64,000 nt of DNA from an uncultured Victivallales bacterium (GTDB taxonomy: Bacteria; Verrucomicrobiota; Lentisphaeria; Oligosphaerales; JAFGRS01), in assembly GCA_903837355.1 (NCBI GenBank), contig CAILUI010000291.1, positions 2,476 through 66,475 of the forward strand, given 5' to 3'. Below, in pieces: positions 30,595 through 40,596 of this stretch. Within the stretch, counting starts at the first letter, position 1, and each line of letters opens with the position of its first letter. The position numbers and the translations under genes were made by a program. Below the pieces are notes generated by a model. The model was not told the origin of the DNA, did no database searches, and saw only the letters and a program-made list of their open reading frames with translations.

Positions 30595-31610
30595 CCGGCA
30601 CGACGGGTACTGTCCCGGCGGTTGCGGTCACGGCGCCGCTACGCTGCGTGTTTGTGGTCGGGCCGACGGCCACCGGCAAAACGGCGCTGGCGGTCGACCT
30701 GGCGCGCCGGTTCGGGGGCGAGATCGTCAGCGCCGACTCGCGGCAGGTCTACCGGCGGCTGGATCTGGGGACGGGGAAGGACCTCGCGGAGTACGGCGCC
30801 GGGGCGAACCGCGTGGCGCATCACCTGATCGACGTCGCCGAGCCGCAGGAGGACTATCACCTCTTTCGGTTCGTTGCCGAAGCGCGCGCGGCGCTGGCGG
30901 CCATCGCCGCGCGCGGCCGGTTGCCCATCGTCGTCGGGGGTAGCGGTCTCTATGTCAACGCCCTGCTCGAGGGCTACGGCCTGGATGGCGCGGCTACGGA
31001 TCCCGCCCTGCGGCGCGAGTTGGAGGGTGCCACCGATGCCGATCTGCTCGTCCTGCTCCGGCGCGAGGCGCCCGATCTGGCAGAGCGTGTGGATAGCAGC
31101 CAACGGCGGCGCTTGCTCCGCGCCGTGGAGATCGCCCGCAGCCGGAACTTGCCCGCCACTCCGTCGCTGACACCGCTGCCGCTGCGGGCGCTGCTGTTGG
31201 GTCCCTACTACGCCCGCAGCGTGGTGCATGCGCGCATTGCCCGCCGCCTTGATGCCCGCTTGGAAGCCGGCTTGGTCGAGGAGGTGGCGGCGTTGCACGC
31301 CGACGGGCTGTCCTGGGACCGGCTGGCGTGGTTTGGTCTCGAATACCGCTGCGTGGGACTGTACCTGCAGGGGGAGCTCAGCCGCGCACAGATGCGCGAG
31401 ACGCTACTGGCGCGCATTCGCCAGTTCTGCCGGGCACAGGATGTCTGGTTCCGCAAGATGGAACGGGAGGGCAAGGATATCTACTGGCTCCCCGGCGGCG
31501 AGCTGGAACCGGCCGCGAGCCTGGTCCAGCGCTTCCTGGAGGAGCGGGAACTGCCGCTGCCGACGCTGCGCCTGAGCGCCACGCTGTACGGACCGCAGAC
31601 CAGCCGCTGA
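30591..31610 (+). CDS. miaA: tRNA dimethylallyltransferase
   Basis: P-loop VVGPTATGKTALAVDLA, then IVSADSRQVYRRLDLGTGK and HHLIDV. GTG 30591 overlaps the cdaR stop (GTGA). A later in-frame GTG just before FVVGPT is an alternative start. Confidence 0.85.
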   Translation: MTGTTGTVPAVAVTAPLRCVFVVGPTATGKTALAVDLARRFGGEIVSADSRQVYRRLDLGTGKDLAEYGAGANRVAHHLIDVAEPQEDYHLFRFVAEARAALAAIAARGRLPIVVGGSGLYVNALLEGYGLDGAATDPALRRELEGATDADLLVLLRREAPDLAERVDSSQRRRLLRAVEIARSRNLPATPSLTPLPLRALLLGPYYARSVVHARIARRLDARLEAGLVEEVAALHADGLSWDRLAWFGLEYRCVGLYLQGELSRAQMRETLLARIRQFCRAQDVWFRKMEREGKDIYWLPGGELEPAASLVQRFLEERELPLPTLRLSATLYGPQTSR

Positions 31611-31779
31611 GAACCTGTGTGGCGGTGTCGCCTGCGCCGGGAGAAAGGGATACGGCGGAGGCACCCCTGCGCGTGCGGGGTGCGAACCGCCAGTTCCAGG
31701 GATCGCGGCAGCGAGTCCGCGGTCTCCTGCCGTACGGCAGGACGGCAGCGGGCTTCCGCGGTACCCTGGGGTCGACGGG

Positions 31780-32820
31780 CTAGCGGCTGCGGTTGTCGCG
31801 GAAACGCCGCCCCGCTTCCTGCAGGGTTTGCCGCTCGGCGTCAGTGAGGCTCTGCATGCCCTCGTGGCCGATCTTGTCGAGGATGCGGTCGACCTCGGTC
31901 GAGGCTGGGCCGCCTCCGCCCGCCGCGCCGCCCATGAGTTTCTGGAACTGGCGCCGGGTCCGGCGCCCGCGCCAGGCGTCCAGGAGGTTTCGGCAGAAGC
32001 CCCATGGACTGCTGTGGCCGAGGTGCTTCATGTAGAGGAAAGCGCCGGCCAAACCCCCCAGATGAGCCAAATGGGCGATCTTGGAACCCATGTGCCCGGT
32101 GGCCGAGGTCCAGGCCATGCCGGCCTCGATGAGGGCATAGAGGGCGACGAAGGTCTTCAGTTTCATGGGCACCGGCGGCAGCAGCAACAGGATGCGCAGG
32201 TTCGGCGCCGTCATCGCGGCGGCCATCATGACCCCAAAGATGGCCCCGCTGGCCCCGACCACGCCGCCCAGGGCCTGGACCACCCGCACGCCATCGATGT
32301 TCAGAAAGGCGGAGGCGGAGCCGGTGGCGATGACCTCCCCCTGGTAGGAAACCACCTCGGCGCCCAGGCGCTGCAGGGCGGCGATACTGGCGGCGGGCAG
32401 GCGCGGGTCGAGGCTGACGACGATGGGGGACCACCAGTTGGCCAGCAGCCAGGCGAGACCGCCCAGGACGCCACTGATGAAGTAGAGTCGCAGGAAGCGT
32501 TGCGGCCCGAGGCGGTCCTCCACCAGTCGGCCAAACAGGTGCAGCCCCCACATGTTGAAGAAGAGGTGTGTCAGGCCGCCGTGGACGAACATGTAGGTGC
32601 CGAGGCGCCAGACCTCCCAGCGGTGGATGTAGTAGGGGTGCAGGTGGAGCAGTTCGAAGAAGCCTCCCGAGAAGGTGCTGGCGTCGCCGGGTCGCCCGAG
32701 GCCCGTGACCAGGAAGACGAGCACGTTGGCCCAGATGAGGGGCTTGATGACGGAGCCGAGGGGCCGTTGCCAGGGGCGCCCGGCGTCGCCGGGGCGCATG
32801 TAATCGCGATCGGAGAGCAT
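31780..32820 (-). CDS. rhomboid family intramembrane serine protease with C-terminal soluble extension
   Basis: Multi-TM core with HGGLTHLFFNM, catalytic GASGAIFGVM (GxSG) and HLAHLGG (catalytic His) motifs. Confidence 0.85.
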   Translation of the reverse strand: MLSDRDYMRPGDAGRPWQRPLGSVIKPLIWANVLVFLVTGLGRPGDASTFSGGFFELLHLHPYYIHRWEVWRLGTYMFVHGGLTHLFFNMWGLHLFGRLVEDRLGPQRFLRLYFISGVLGGLAWLLANWWSPIVVSLDPRLPAASIAALQRLGAEVVSYQGEVIATGSASAFLNIDGVRVVQALGGVVGASGAIFGVMMAAAMTAPNLRILLLLPPVPMKLKTFVALYALIEAGMAWTSATGHMGSKIAHLAHLGGLAGAFLYMKHLGHSSPWGFCRNLLDAWRGRRTRRQFQKLMGGAAGGGGPASTEVDRILDKIGHEGMQSLTDAERQTLQEAGRRFRDNRSR

Positions 32821-33120
32821 GCTGCGTAGTCCGGGCCGGTCGATGCCGGCAGTTATGACCTATCTTGGTAACGACCCGGTAATGTAGCGTCCCGCGGGCA
32901 ATGTGCCCGACCGTCCCGGCCGCGCGCTGTCAGCGCTGCCCTTTCCAGCTCGGCGCGCCGGGGCTCCGGTGCTGGGAACGCCGAGGCCATCGGCAAGCGG
33001 CCTGCCAAACCGGCAATTCCGGGCTATGGTAGCGGCTCGCGCCGCCGCCTTGTCTTTTCAGGGTCCCGCCTGCAGCGGGCCGCAGCGGTGGCGGGACAGC
33101 GCAAAAGGATAAGCGTCTTG

Positions 33121-34068
33121 ATGAAGTACCTCTATCGGGTTGCGGTCGCCTCCGGGCTCGACTACGAATGCATGGGCGATGCTGCCCTTGACCTGCACCG
33201 GGACGACCGGGTGATCGTTCGTTGCGATCGCTATCAGGACTACGCGCGGGTGGTGGGTTGTCTGGCGGCGCAACCGATCGATGTGTCGGAACTCGAACGC
33301 AACCGGGCGGAACAGGCGCGCGGGCGGCATGTCGAGGGCCAGCACACCCCCGAGATCATCCGGCGGGCGACGCCACAGGATGATATCCATGCCGCAGAGA
33401 ATGATGAGCGTTCCCGGACGATGCATTCGCGGGCGCGCGAATGCATTACGTTCCATCGCTTGGAGATGAAGCTGATCGAGACGCACTGCTCGTTCGACCG
33501 CCGGCTGGCCGTGTTCCAGTTCAGCGCCGAAGGCCGGGTGGACTTCCGCGAGCTGCTGCGTGATCTCTCTCAGGAGTTCCACATGCGGGTGGAACTGCGC
33601 CAGGTAGGAGTCCGCGATGAAGCGTCCATTCAGGGCGGCATCGGTCCCTGCGGTCGGGCGTTCTGCTGCTGCACCTTCCTAAAGCGCTTCAACAGCATCA
33701 ACGTGAAGATGGCCAAGATCCAGGGACTATCGCTGAATCCCGCGAACATCTCGGGTGCTTGTGGTCGGCTGAAGTGCTGCCTCGGTTACGAGGTGGAGCA
33801 CTATCGTGAGCTGTACGACGCGGCCAAGGCCCGTGCCAAGGCGGAGGCGGCCGGCGGGGGACGGGCCCCTGGCGGTAGCGGTTCCGAGGACAACGGTGCG
33901 GATCGCTGCCGGGACGACCGCGCCGCCGCGGGAGGTGCGCCGGACAGCGACGACTCCGAGGGCGCCCCGGACGCGGCCGCCCCGGTCGCTGCGGCTCCGG
34001 CAACCGCGTCTGCGGCCAGCGCCGCGGCGTCGTCGCCGGCGTCGACGCCGGGGGGCGCACAGGGTTGA
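33121..34068 (+). CDS. PSP1 domain protein (RicT/YaaT-like) with Ala/Pro/acidic low-complexity tail
   Basis: PSP1 C-terminal block with the conserved Cys cluster GPCGRAFCCCTFLKRFNSINVKMAKIQGLSLNPANISGACGRLKCCLGYE. ATG 33121 (MKYLYRV...) chosen. Confidence 0.8.
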   Translation: MKYLYRVAVASGLDYECMGDAALDLHRDDRVIVRCDRYQDYARVVGCLAAQPIDVSELERNRAEQARGRHVEGQHTPEIIRRATPQDDIHAAENDERSRTMHSRARECITFHRLEMKLIETHCSFDRRLAVFQFSAEGRVDFRELLRDLSQEFHMRVELRQVGVRDEASIQGGIGPCGRAFCCCTFLKRFNSINVKMAKIQGLSLNPANISGACGRLKCCLGYEVEHYRELYDAAKARAKAEAAGGGRAPGGSGSEDNGADRCRDDRAAAGGAPDSDDSEGAPDAAAPVAAAPATASAASAAASSPASTPGGAQG

Positions 34069-34082
34069 CAGGTTTGGGCTCC

Positions 34083-36119
34083 ATGTCACGGCAGACGACC
34101 CGGCCCAGCGTGCTGGCCTCCCCCGTGCAGCCGGGAGCGGTACCTCGCCGCCGCGCCCGGAGTGTCGTGCTCTTGCGCTGGTACCTGTGCGGTCTGGCCC
34201 TGCTGGCGCCGCTGAAGTTCGGCAGTGCCATCGGTCCGGCCGATATCCCCCTGCTTCCGGTGGGCCTTTTGGAGTGGCTTTTCGGGGCGTGGCCGCCGTT
34301 TCTGCTGGGCGGTCTGGCAGGGATCGGCCTGCTCTGGGCTTTGCTCGCGTGCAGGCGGTCGACGGTGTCTCACCCGGCGCGCGTCGCGCTCTGGGCCTGG
34401 TCGGCGCTGCTGCTCTCCTGCCTTCCGGGTCTGATACGGACTACGGAATGGGACTACGCCGTAACCTTTACCCTCTATCTCGGCGGTGTCTGCGCCTTCC
34501 TGGCGGCCGCGCTGCTGGTGTCGCTTGAGGACGTGCACTTCCGGCGCTGGCTGCTGGTGGCGGTGGCCGCGGGGACGTTGTTGAGCGGCCTCAACGGTTG
34601 GCATCAGCGGCTGTGGGGCTTCGCGGAGATGCGACGCTTTGCGGCGGCACAGGCGCGGGAGCAGGGGCGCGAGTGGAGCGCGGCGATGCAGGGCAAGTTC
34701 ATGCAGACGCGCGTGCATCTGCCGTTCTTCCACCCCAACAGCTACGCGGCGCACCTGATTCTGACAGCACCGCTGGTGCTGCTGCTCCTCTGGCGGGCGG
34801 GGCGGCAGGTCGAGCCCAGGCGCCTCTCGCAGCGGCTGTTCCTGGCGTTCGGCGGTGTCGTCGTGGTCGGGGCTCTGGCGCTGAGCCAGAGTCGGGCCGC
34901 GCAGTTGGCTCTGGGGGGTGGGGTGGGGGTGGCAGTGCTGGGCTCGGCACGCTTGCGGCGTTGGCGCTGGCCGTTGCTGGCGGCGGCGCTGGCGGGGGGT
35001 CTGGGACTGATGCTTCTGGTGAACTCCGGCCGCGATCTGCTATCGGCCAGTGCCCGCGTGGACTACTACCGTTCAGCGCTGGTCATGTTCTGTGCCCAGC
35101 CGCTCACTGGGGTCGGACTCGGCGAGTTTTTCCCACAGTACCTGCGGATCAAGCCGTTCGGTGCCGAGGAGACGCGGGCGGCCCACAACATGGTGCTGGA
35201 GATGCTGTCGCAGGCCGGCGGCCTCGGCGGACTGGCGGCGCTGCTTTGCGTACTCCTGCCAGTGTGGTTTATCCTTGGTCCCGGGAGCGCCCAGCGCGGT
35301 GCTGACGACCCGCTGGCGCTGGCGGCGGTGGCCGGCCTGGCTGCCTGGGGGCTGCACGCGCTGCTGGATTTTGACCTGCAGATTCCGCCCACGGTCATGA
35401 TCGCCGCCGCCTTGCCGCTGTTCTGCTGTCGGCCGCCAGACGGGCTTCAGGCGGGGCCTCTGCAGCGCGCCGAGCGTCTGCTCCTCGCCGGCCTGGCCGT
35501 GGTGGCGCTGCTGGCCTGGTGGCGGGTGCCGGGGGAGCACGCCTTCCGGGGCCTGGCAGACAATGCGGAGCGGTTCACCCTTGAGGAACTCGGGCGGGAG
35601 ACCGTGCGTGCGGGGCGGGCGTTGCCCCTGTCTCCCGAGCCGTGGGCCACGTGCGGCCGGGCGGCCCTGACGAGAGGTCGGCCGGCCGAGGCCGCCGAGG
35701 CCTTCCGTTGGGCCTTGCTGCGGGCGCCGCACCGCTCCGCCTTCGAGGCCTGGCGGGCGCAGTCGCTGTTGCTGGCTGGGGATCTCCCTGCCGCCGTGGC
35801 CGCAGCGAGTGAGGCCTGGGCGCTGTATCCGGGCAGCAGTCGCGCCATGGTGCTGAGTGCCTTGCTGGCCTGGCTGGAGTCTGGAGCGGTTCAGGATGCG
35901 GGAGTCCGTTCAGCCTGGATCGAGGCCGCCCTGTCGTGCCAGGCCGATCTCAGTTGTCGACCGGGTGAGATCGTGGTTACGCTGATCCCGGCAGCGCTGC
36001 CCCTGCCTGCCGCAGTCCGTCTGCCGGAACTGTGTCGCCGCTTCTCGGCGTCCGGCCTGCGGACCCCTGGTCCGGTGGTGGTGCCGGTGCGGTTCCGGGC
36101 GGCGGGGGACGGCGAGTGA
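34083..36119 (+). CDS. O-antigen ligase (Wzy_C)-like polytopic membrane protein with C-terminal TPR-like region
   Basis: About 10 predicted TM helices. Wzy_C-like segment ALSQSRAAQLALGG...AAHNMVLEMLSQAGGLGGLAALL. C-terminal Ala/Leu-rich helical repeats (AAEAFRWALLRAPHRSAFEAWRAQSLLLAGD). Confidence 0.7.
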   Translation: MSRQTTRPSVLASPVQPGAVPRRRARSVVLLRWYLCGLALLAPLKFGSAIGPADIPLLPVGLLEWLFGAWPPFLLGGLAGIGLLWALLACRRSTVSHPARVALWAWSALLLSCLPGLIRTTEWDYAVTFTLYLGGVCAFLAAALLVSLEDVHFRRWLLVAVAAGTLLSGLNGWHQRLWGFAEMRRFAAAQAREQGREWSAAMQGKFMQTRVHLPFFHPNSYAAHLILTAPLVLLLLWRAGRQVEPRRLSQRLFLAFGGVVVVGALALSQSRAAQLALGGGVGVAVLGSARLRRWRWPLLAAALAGGLGLMLLVNSGRDLLSASARVDYYRSALVMFCAQPLTGVGLGEFFPQYLRIKPFGAEETRAAHNMVLEMLSQAGGLGGLAALLCVLLPVWFILGPGSAQRGADDPLALAAVAGLAAWGLHALLDFDLQIPPTVMIAAALPLFCCRPPDGLQAGPLQRAERLLLAGLAVVALLAWWRVPGEHAFRGLADNAERFTLEELGRETVRAGRALPLSPEPWATCGRAALTRGRPAEAAEAFRWALLRAPHRSAFEAWRAQSLLLAGDLPAAVAAASEAWALYPGSSRAMVLSALLAWLESGAVQDAGVRSAWIEAALSCQADLSCRPGEIVVTLIPAALPLPAAVRLPELCRRFSASGLRTPGPVVVPVRFRAAGDGE

Positions 36120-36144
36120 TGTGCGTCAGCACCGGATAGTGGGC

Positions 36145-36174
36145 TTGGCCAGTGTCGCGACGCTGTGCTATAGT
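36145..36174 (+). promoter_or_regulatory. candidate promoter with extended -10 for aroQ-accB-accC
   Basis: TTGGCC (36145-36150), 18 nt spacer, then TGcTATAGT (36166-36174), about 55-65 nt upstream of the aroQ ATG candidates. Same TGnTATAGT element as upstream of cdaA. Confidence 0.3.
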
Positions 36175-36229
36175 GTACCGAACGGCGGTGCCCGGCGGTG
36201 GCCTCGCCCTGTATGCATACGCTGAGGCG

Positions 36230-36694
36230 ATGGATGGCTCGATGCAACAACGTTTGCGTATTCTAGTTCTGAACGGCCCGAACCTGAATTTGCTGGGGCG
36301 TCGCTCTCCCGAGATCTATGGGAGCCAGACGCTCGCCGACGTTGAGGCCTTGGTGCGGCGGACGGCCACGGAGCTCGACTGTGAAGTGGAGTGCCGGCAG
36401 AGCAATCACGAGGGCGATCTGGTGGACTGGATCGGCGCGGCCATGGGAGGCATCGATGGGCTGGTCATCAACCCGGGCGCCTACACCCACACCAGCGTGG
36501 CCTTGCGCGATGCCATTGAGGGTACCGCTATCCCCAGCCTGGAAGTGCATATCAGTAACATCCATGCGCGCGAGGATTTCCGTCACCGTTCGTTGACCGC
36601 TGCGGTCTGCATCGGGCAGATCAGTGGCTGCGGCATCGCGGGATACGGTCTGGCGTTGCGGGCTCTGGCACAGTGGTTGCGGGAGCACGCATGA
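36230..36694 (+). CDS. aroQ: type II 3-dehydroquinate dehydratase
   Basis: [43 protein letters not shown] and [17 protein letters not shown] motifs. Start is ATG 36230 or ATG 36242. The track start 36152 lies inside the putative promoter. Confidence 0.9.
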   Translation: MDGSMQQRLRILVLNGPNLNLLGRRSPEIYGSQTLADVEALVRRTATELDCEVECRQSNHEGDLVDWIGAAMGGIDGLVINPGAYTHTSVALRDAIEGTAIPSLEVHISNIHAREDFRHRSLTAAVCIGQISGCGIAGYGLALRALAQWLREHA

Positions 36695-36717
36695 ACAGAG
36701 GAAGGACGAGGGACACC

Positions 36718-37161
36718 ATGGATATCCGCAAGATTTCCCAGCTTGCCCAGTTGATGAGCACGCACGAGCTGTCTGAGATCAGCTTCGAGAGCGCGGACGT
36801 CAAGCTGCTGCTGAGGCGCGGGCGCTTGCTGGAAGTCGGGGCGGCTCCGGCGCCGCTCGTCTCTGGGCCGTTACCGGTGGCGACGGTGAGTTCGGTGGCG
36901 CCGGCGGCAGCGGTCGTCGCCGCCCCGACCATTACCTCGCCGATCGTCGGAACGTTCTATTCCGCGCCGTCCCCGGAGGCGGCGCCCTTCGTGCGGCCTG
37001 GCGACAAGGTGGGGCCAGAGACTGTCGTCTGCATCGTCGAGGCGATGAAGGTCATGAACGAGGTCAAGGCGGAAACCAGCGGGGTGATCCGCCGCATGCT
37101 GATTGACAATGGCATTCCGGTGGAGTTCGGCCAGCCGTTGTTCGAGCTGGAGCCCGCCTAG
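36718..37161 (+). CDS. accB: acetyl-CoA carboxylase biotin carboxyl carrier protein
   Basis: Biotinylation motif [12 protein letters not shown], Ala/Pro linker and N-terminal [13 protein letters not shown]. The aroQ-accB-accC order is a well-known conserved arrangement. Confidence 0.9.
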   Translation: MDIRKISQLAQLMSTHELSEISFESADVKLLLRRGRLLEVGAAPAPLVSGPLPVATVSSVAPAAAVVAAPTITSPIVGTFYSAPSPEAAPFVRPGDKVGPETVVCIVEAMKVMNEVKAETSGVIRRMLIDNGIPVEFGQPLFELEPA

Positions 37162-37271
37162 GGCGCTGGCTACGGGCCGGCGGAAGAGCAACGAGGACCC
37201 GTCGGCGGGTCGGGGGTGGTGACGGCTGCGGGCCGGCGGGACGCGGGTTGGTGTTGTGTGGGGCGAACGAC

Positions 37272-38624
37272 ATGTTTTCACGTATCCTGATAGCGAACCG
37301 CGGGGAGATTGCGCTGCGGGTGGTGCGCGCCTGCCGCGAGATGGGTATCAGCAGTGTGGTGGTGTACTCAGAGGCCGATGAGCGGACGTTGGCGGTACAG
37401 GAAGCCGACGAGGCCGTCTGCATCGGCCCGGGGCCTGCCAAGGAGAGTTACCTGCGCATCGACCGGATCGTCGCGGCGGCGGAGATCTGCGATGTCGATG
37501 CCATTCACCCGGGCTACGGCTTCCTGGCTGAAAACGCGCACTTCGCCGAGGTCTGCGGGAGCTGCAACATCACCTTCATCGGCCCCAGTCCGGAGGCCAT
37601 CCGCCGGATGGGCGACAAGGCCGAAGCGCGCAAGACCATGAAGGCGGTCGGGGTGCCGGTGACACCCGGGAGTGAGGGCATCATCGCCGACGAAGCGAGC
37701 GCCCTGCGCCTGGCTCATGAGATGGACTACCCCGTCATCATCAAGGCGGTGGCGGGCGGTGGCGGTAAGGGCATGCGCGTGGTGCACAATGATGGCAGTC
37801 TGGTACGCAGCTACCACGCCGCCCGCAACGAGGCAGAGCGGGCCTTCGCCTGCGGCGACGTCTACATGGAGAAGTTCATCGTCCAGCCGCGGCACGTCGA
37901 GTTCCAGATCCTGGCGGATCGACATGGCAACGTCATCCACTTGGGCGAGCGCGACTGCAGTCTCCAGCGCCGGCATCAGAAGCTCATCGAGGAGTCGCCC
38001 TGCATCGCGCTGGACGCGGGCACGCGTCGGGCCATGGGCGAGGCGGCCGTGAAGGCGGCCCGCGCGGTCGACTACGCCACCGCGGGCACGATCGAGTTCC
38101 TGCTGAGCGCCGACGGCTCGTTCTACTTCATGGAGATGAATACGCGTATCCAGGTTGAGCATCCGGTCACCGAGATGGTGACGGGCATCGATCTGGTCAA
38201 GGAGCAGATTCGTTGCGCCGCGGGTGAGCCCCTGCGTTTCCGCCAGGAGGACATCCGCTGGCGCGGCCACGCCATCGAGGTACGCATCAACGCCGAGAAC
38301 CCGGCGCGGAACTTTGCGCCCAGCCCCGGCCGGATCGAGGTCTATAATCCCCCTGGCGGTCCTGGGGTCCGGGTGGATTCACATGCCTATGCGGGCTATG
38401 TGATTCCGCCATTTTACGACAGCATGATCGGTAAGCTCATCGTCCATGGCGAGGATCGTCCGGAGGCGCTGGCGCGCTGTGTGCGGGCGCTGCAGGAGTT
38501 TACCATCGAAGGGGTCTCGACCACGATCGACTTTGCGGTGCATCTGCTGCACCATGAGGGTGTTCGGCGCGGTGAGTACCACACGGGGTACATCGAGAAA
38601 CTGCTTGAGGCGGAGCCGCTCTGA
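37272..38624 (+). CDS. accC: acetyl-CoA carboxylase biotin carboxylase subunit
   Basis: [29 protein letters not shown]-grasp [10 protein letters not shown] and [14 protein letters not shown] motifs. Confidence 0.95.
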   Translation: MFSRILIANRGEIALRVVRACREMGISSVVVYSEADERTLAVQEADEAVCIGPGPAKESYLRIDRIVAAAEICDVDAIHPGYGFLAENAHFAEVCGSCNITFIGPSPEAIRRMGDKAEARKTMKAVGVPVTPGSEGIIADEASALRLAHEMDYPVIIKAVAGGGGKGMRVVHNDGSLVRSYHAARNEAERAFACGDVYMEKFIVQPRHVEFQILADRHGNVIHLGERDCSLQRRHQKLIEESPCIALDAGTRRAMGEAAVKAARAVDYATAGTIEFLLSADGSFYFMEMNTRIQVEHPVTEMVTGIDLVKEQIRCAAGEPLRFRQEDIRWRGHAIEVRINAENPARNFAPSPGRIEVYNPPGGPGVRVDSHAYAGYVIPPFYDSMIGKLIVHGEDRPEALARCVRALQEFTIEGVSTTIDFAVHLLHHEGVRRGEYHTGYIEKLLEAEPL

Positions 38625-38664
38625 TGGGCTGGCGCCAAACGGTCGAGGATAAGGAGGTACAGCG

Positions 38665-39135
38665 ATGAACGGCGGGCGAATGGTGGATGCCCAGCGTCTG
38701 GAGGATGCCGAGCGCCTTCGGTCTCAGGTCCTGGGGACCCATGATCTATTCATGGATGAAGAGGCCGAGGGCGGCGCTATTAAGATCAGCGAGAACGTGA
38801 TCGCGGCGGTGGTGCGCAAGTATACCCTCGAGGTCGATGGCGTGGTGCGTTTCGCCAGCGGCAGCATCGTCGGCGGCATCGCCGGGATGATCGCGAAGCG
38901 CAGTTACGAGAGCAGCATGGTGATCGACCTGGATGAGGACGCGGTCAACATCTCCATCACCCTGGTGTTTCGCTTTGGGGTCCGTATCCCCGATGTGGCC
39001 CAGGCGGTCCAGGAAGTGGTTCGGCTCCGCGTTGAGGAGTTCACCGGTAAGCACGTGAGTCGGGTCAATGTGTTGGTGCATGACCTGGAGGACGCATCGC
39101 CCTCGCGCAAGGGCGATGACGTGGGTGCCCGCTGA
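38665..39135 (+). CDS. Asp23/Gls24 family envelope stress protein
   Basis: AAGGAGG lies 8 nt upstream of ATG 38665. IKISENVIAAVVRKYTLEVDGVV...VNISITLVFRFGVRIPDVAQAVQEVV is typical of Asp23. Confidence 0.8.
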   Translation: MNGGRMVDAQRLEDAERLRSQVLGTHDLFMDEEAEGGAIKISENVIAAVVRKYTLEVDGVVRFASGSIVGGIAGMIAKRSYESSMVIDLDEDAVNISITLVFRFGVRIPDVAQAVQEVVRLRVEEFTGKHVSRVNVLVHDLEDASPSRKGDDVGAR

Positions 39136-39201
39136 GGGCGGAGTGACGCGGGCTCCCGTCGGTGTGCTGCCCGAGCCGGGAGATACTAAGGAGTGTCGGA
39201 T

Positions 39202-39795
39202 ATGCTGACGATGGCCGATGTGACCGGATGGTTCATGTCGTTTCGGAGCATCTGCGCAGAGCGGGCTGTCGGCGAGGGCTTTCTGTGCGGGCTTGGGCTG
39301 GGTCTGGTCCTGCCGCTGGGGCTGGTGCTGCTGGTGTGGATGGTCCTGCACCGCCGGCGGACGTGCCGCTCCATGTGCATCGAGAACGAGGGCGGCAATC
39401 TGACCATTGGCGCGGCGGCGATTCGCGACTTCCTGCAGCGGATCGTAGCGGAGTTCCGCGATGTGGAGTTGCTGGGTGTGGTGCTGTTGCGGCGTAAGCG
39501 CACTACCGATATCCGCCTGCGCATCAATGCTGTACCCATGGCCAGCGTGCGTCACCTGAAGGATGGGCTCAAGGAACGCGTGCGCGCGGAGATGGCTGAC
39601 AAATTGGGCCTGGAGGAACTGCTGGGGAACGTGCACATCGACGTCATGCGCTACTCGGCTGACGAGAAACGCATCGCCCGCAAGGCTGCCAAGTGCCGGC
39701 GGTCGGAGACGCCGACGCGGCGTCCCCCGACCTATCCGCCCTATGCCACCGGCGTGGGGTTCCGCAGCCACGGCGGGGACGACACCGCCACGTGA
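39202..39795 (+). CDS. membrane protein, possibly AmaP-like anchor for Asp23
   Basis: AAGGAG (39188-39193) lies 8 nt before ATG 39202. One TM helix (GLGLGLVLPLGLVLLVWMVL) then a soluble domain. Position directly after an Asp23 gene matches the known Asp23-AmaP pairing. Function is inferred from context only. Confidence 0.6.
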   Translation: MLTMADVTGWFMSFRSICAERAVGEGFLCGLGLGLVLPLGLVLLVWMVLHRRRTCRSMCIENEGGNLTIGAAAIRDFLQRIVAEFRDVELLGVVLLRRKRTTDIRLRINAVPMASVRHLKDGLKERVRAEMADKLGLEELLGNVHIDVMRYSADEKRIARKAAKCRRSETPTRRPPTYPPYATGVGFRSHGGDDTAT

Positions 39796-39820
39796 GTGAC
39801 CGGCCCCGCCGGCGGGGGCG

Positions 39821-40516
39821 TCAACCTTGAGCCAGGAACTCGTCGCGCTCTGACTCCATCACCAGCCGCATGACGTCCTGGGGCGTCGGGCAGGTCATGC
39901 ATTGCGCGAGAAAGTCGTTCTGTCGCAGCAACCGTGCCATGCGCCCCATCAGGTGGAGGTGCAGCTCAATACTCTGGGAGCACATCAGGAAGAAGAGGTG
40001 GACAGGCTTGCCGTCGGCAGCTCCGAAGTCGACGCCCTCGGCGGAGCGACCGAAGACGATGACGGCCGGCGCCCGCAGCGTGGTTACCGGGTCACGCGGG
40101 TGCGGCAGGGCGACGCCATGGCCCACACCCGTGCTGAGGAGCTCCTCGCGAGCCACGCACTTCAGGCGCAGGTCGGAGACGTCGAGAAGGACGGGGTTCA
40201 GCATGCGCGGGTTGGTCAGTTCCTCGATCACGCTGGCAGTGTCGCGGCCGCTGAGGGCCAAGACCATGCGCGTATCGCTCATAACCCGGCTGATGGGGAT
40301 GCCGAAATGTGAGCGCGTTAACTCTGACAGTGGGATCTCCTCCGCGTTCTCGCGGGGTGCGTCGCCGGGGAAGAAGAGCCCATCGATCTGGCTGCTGTTG
40401 AACCGCCACTGCCCACCGATCTTGGCGCCCTGCAACTGCCCGCTTTTCAACATCCGTAAGATGGTCCGCTCGTTGACGCGCAGCATCTGCGCCAGTTCCC
40501 GGAGTGTCAGAATCAT
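39821..40516 (-). CDS. fusion of excisionase/MerR-type HTH domain and PTS EIIA type-2 (PtsN-like) domain
   Basis: N-terminus MILTLRELAQMLRVNERTILRMLKSGQLQGAKIGGQWRF (HTH_17-like). C-terminal EIIA-2 with phosphorylatable His context GVGHGVALPHPR and VHLFFLMCS. Confidence 0.8.
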   Translation of the reverse strand: MILTLRELAQMLRVNERTILRMLKSGQLQGAKIGGQWRFNSSQIDGLFFPGDAPRENAEEIPLSELTRSHFGIPISRVMSDTRMVLALSGRDTASVIEELTNPRMLNPVLLDVSDLRLKCVAREELLSTGVGHGVALPHPRDPVTTLRAPAVIVFGRSAEGVDFGAADGKPVHLFFLMCSQSIELHLHLMGRMARLLRQNDFLAQCMTCPTPQDVMRLVMESERDEFLAQG

Positions 40517-40596
40517 GGTTCGCGGGCTCCTGTTTCCCTGTCTATGGCCTGCTCTGCAGCTTAATGACAACTGCTGACAGACGTGTAAGAATTATC

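Noticed and set aside
39801-39820. GC-only palindromes between convergent genes: CGGCCCCGCC/GGCGGGGGCG at 39801-39820, ATGACCGGCGGTCAT at 22806-22820 and CCTGCCGTACGGCAGG at 31728-31743. These could be bidirectional terminators.
   Set aside because: They lack U-runs and are short. They may function as terminators or RNA-stabilising hairpins, but the sequence alone does not justify feature calls.
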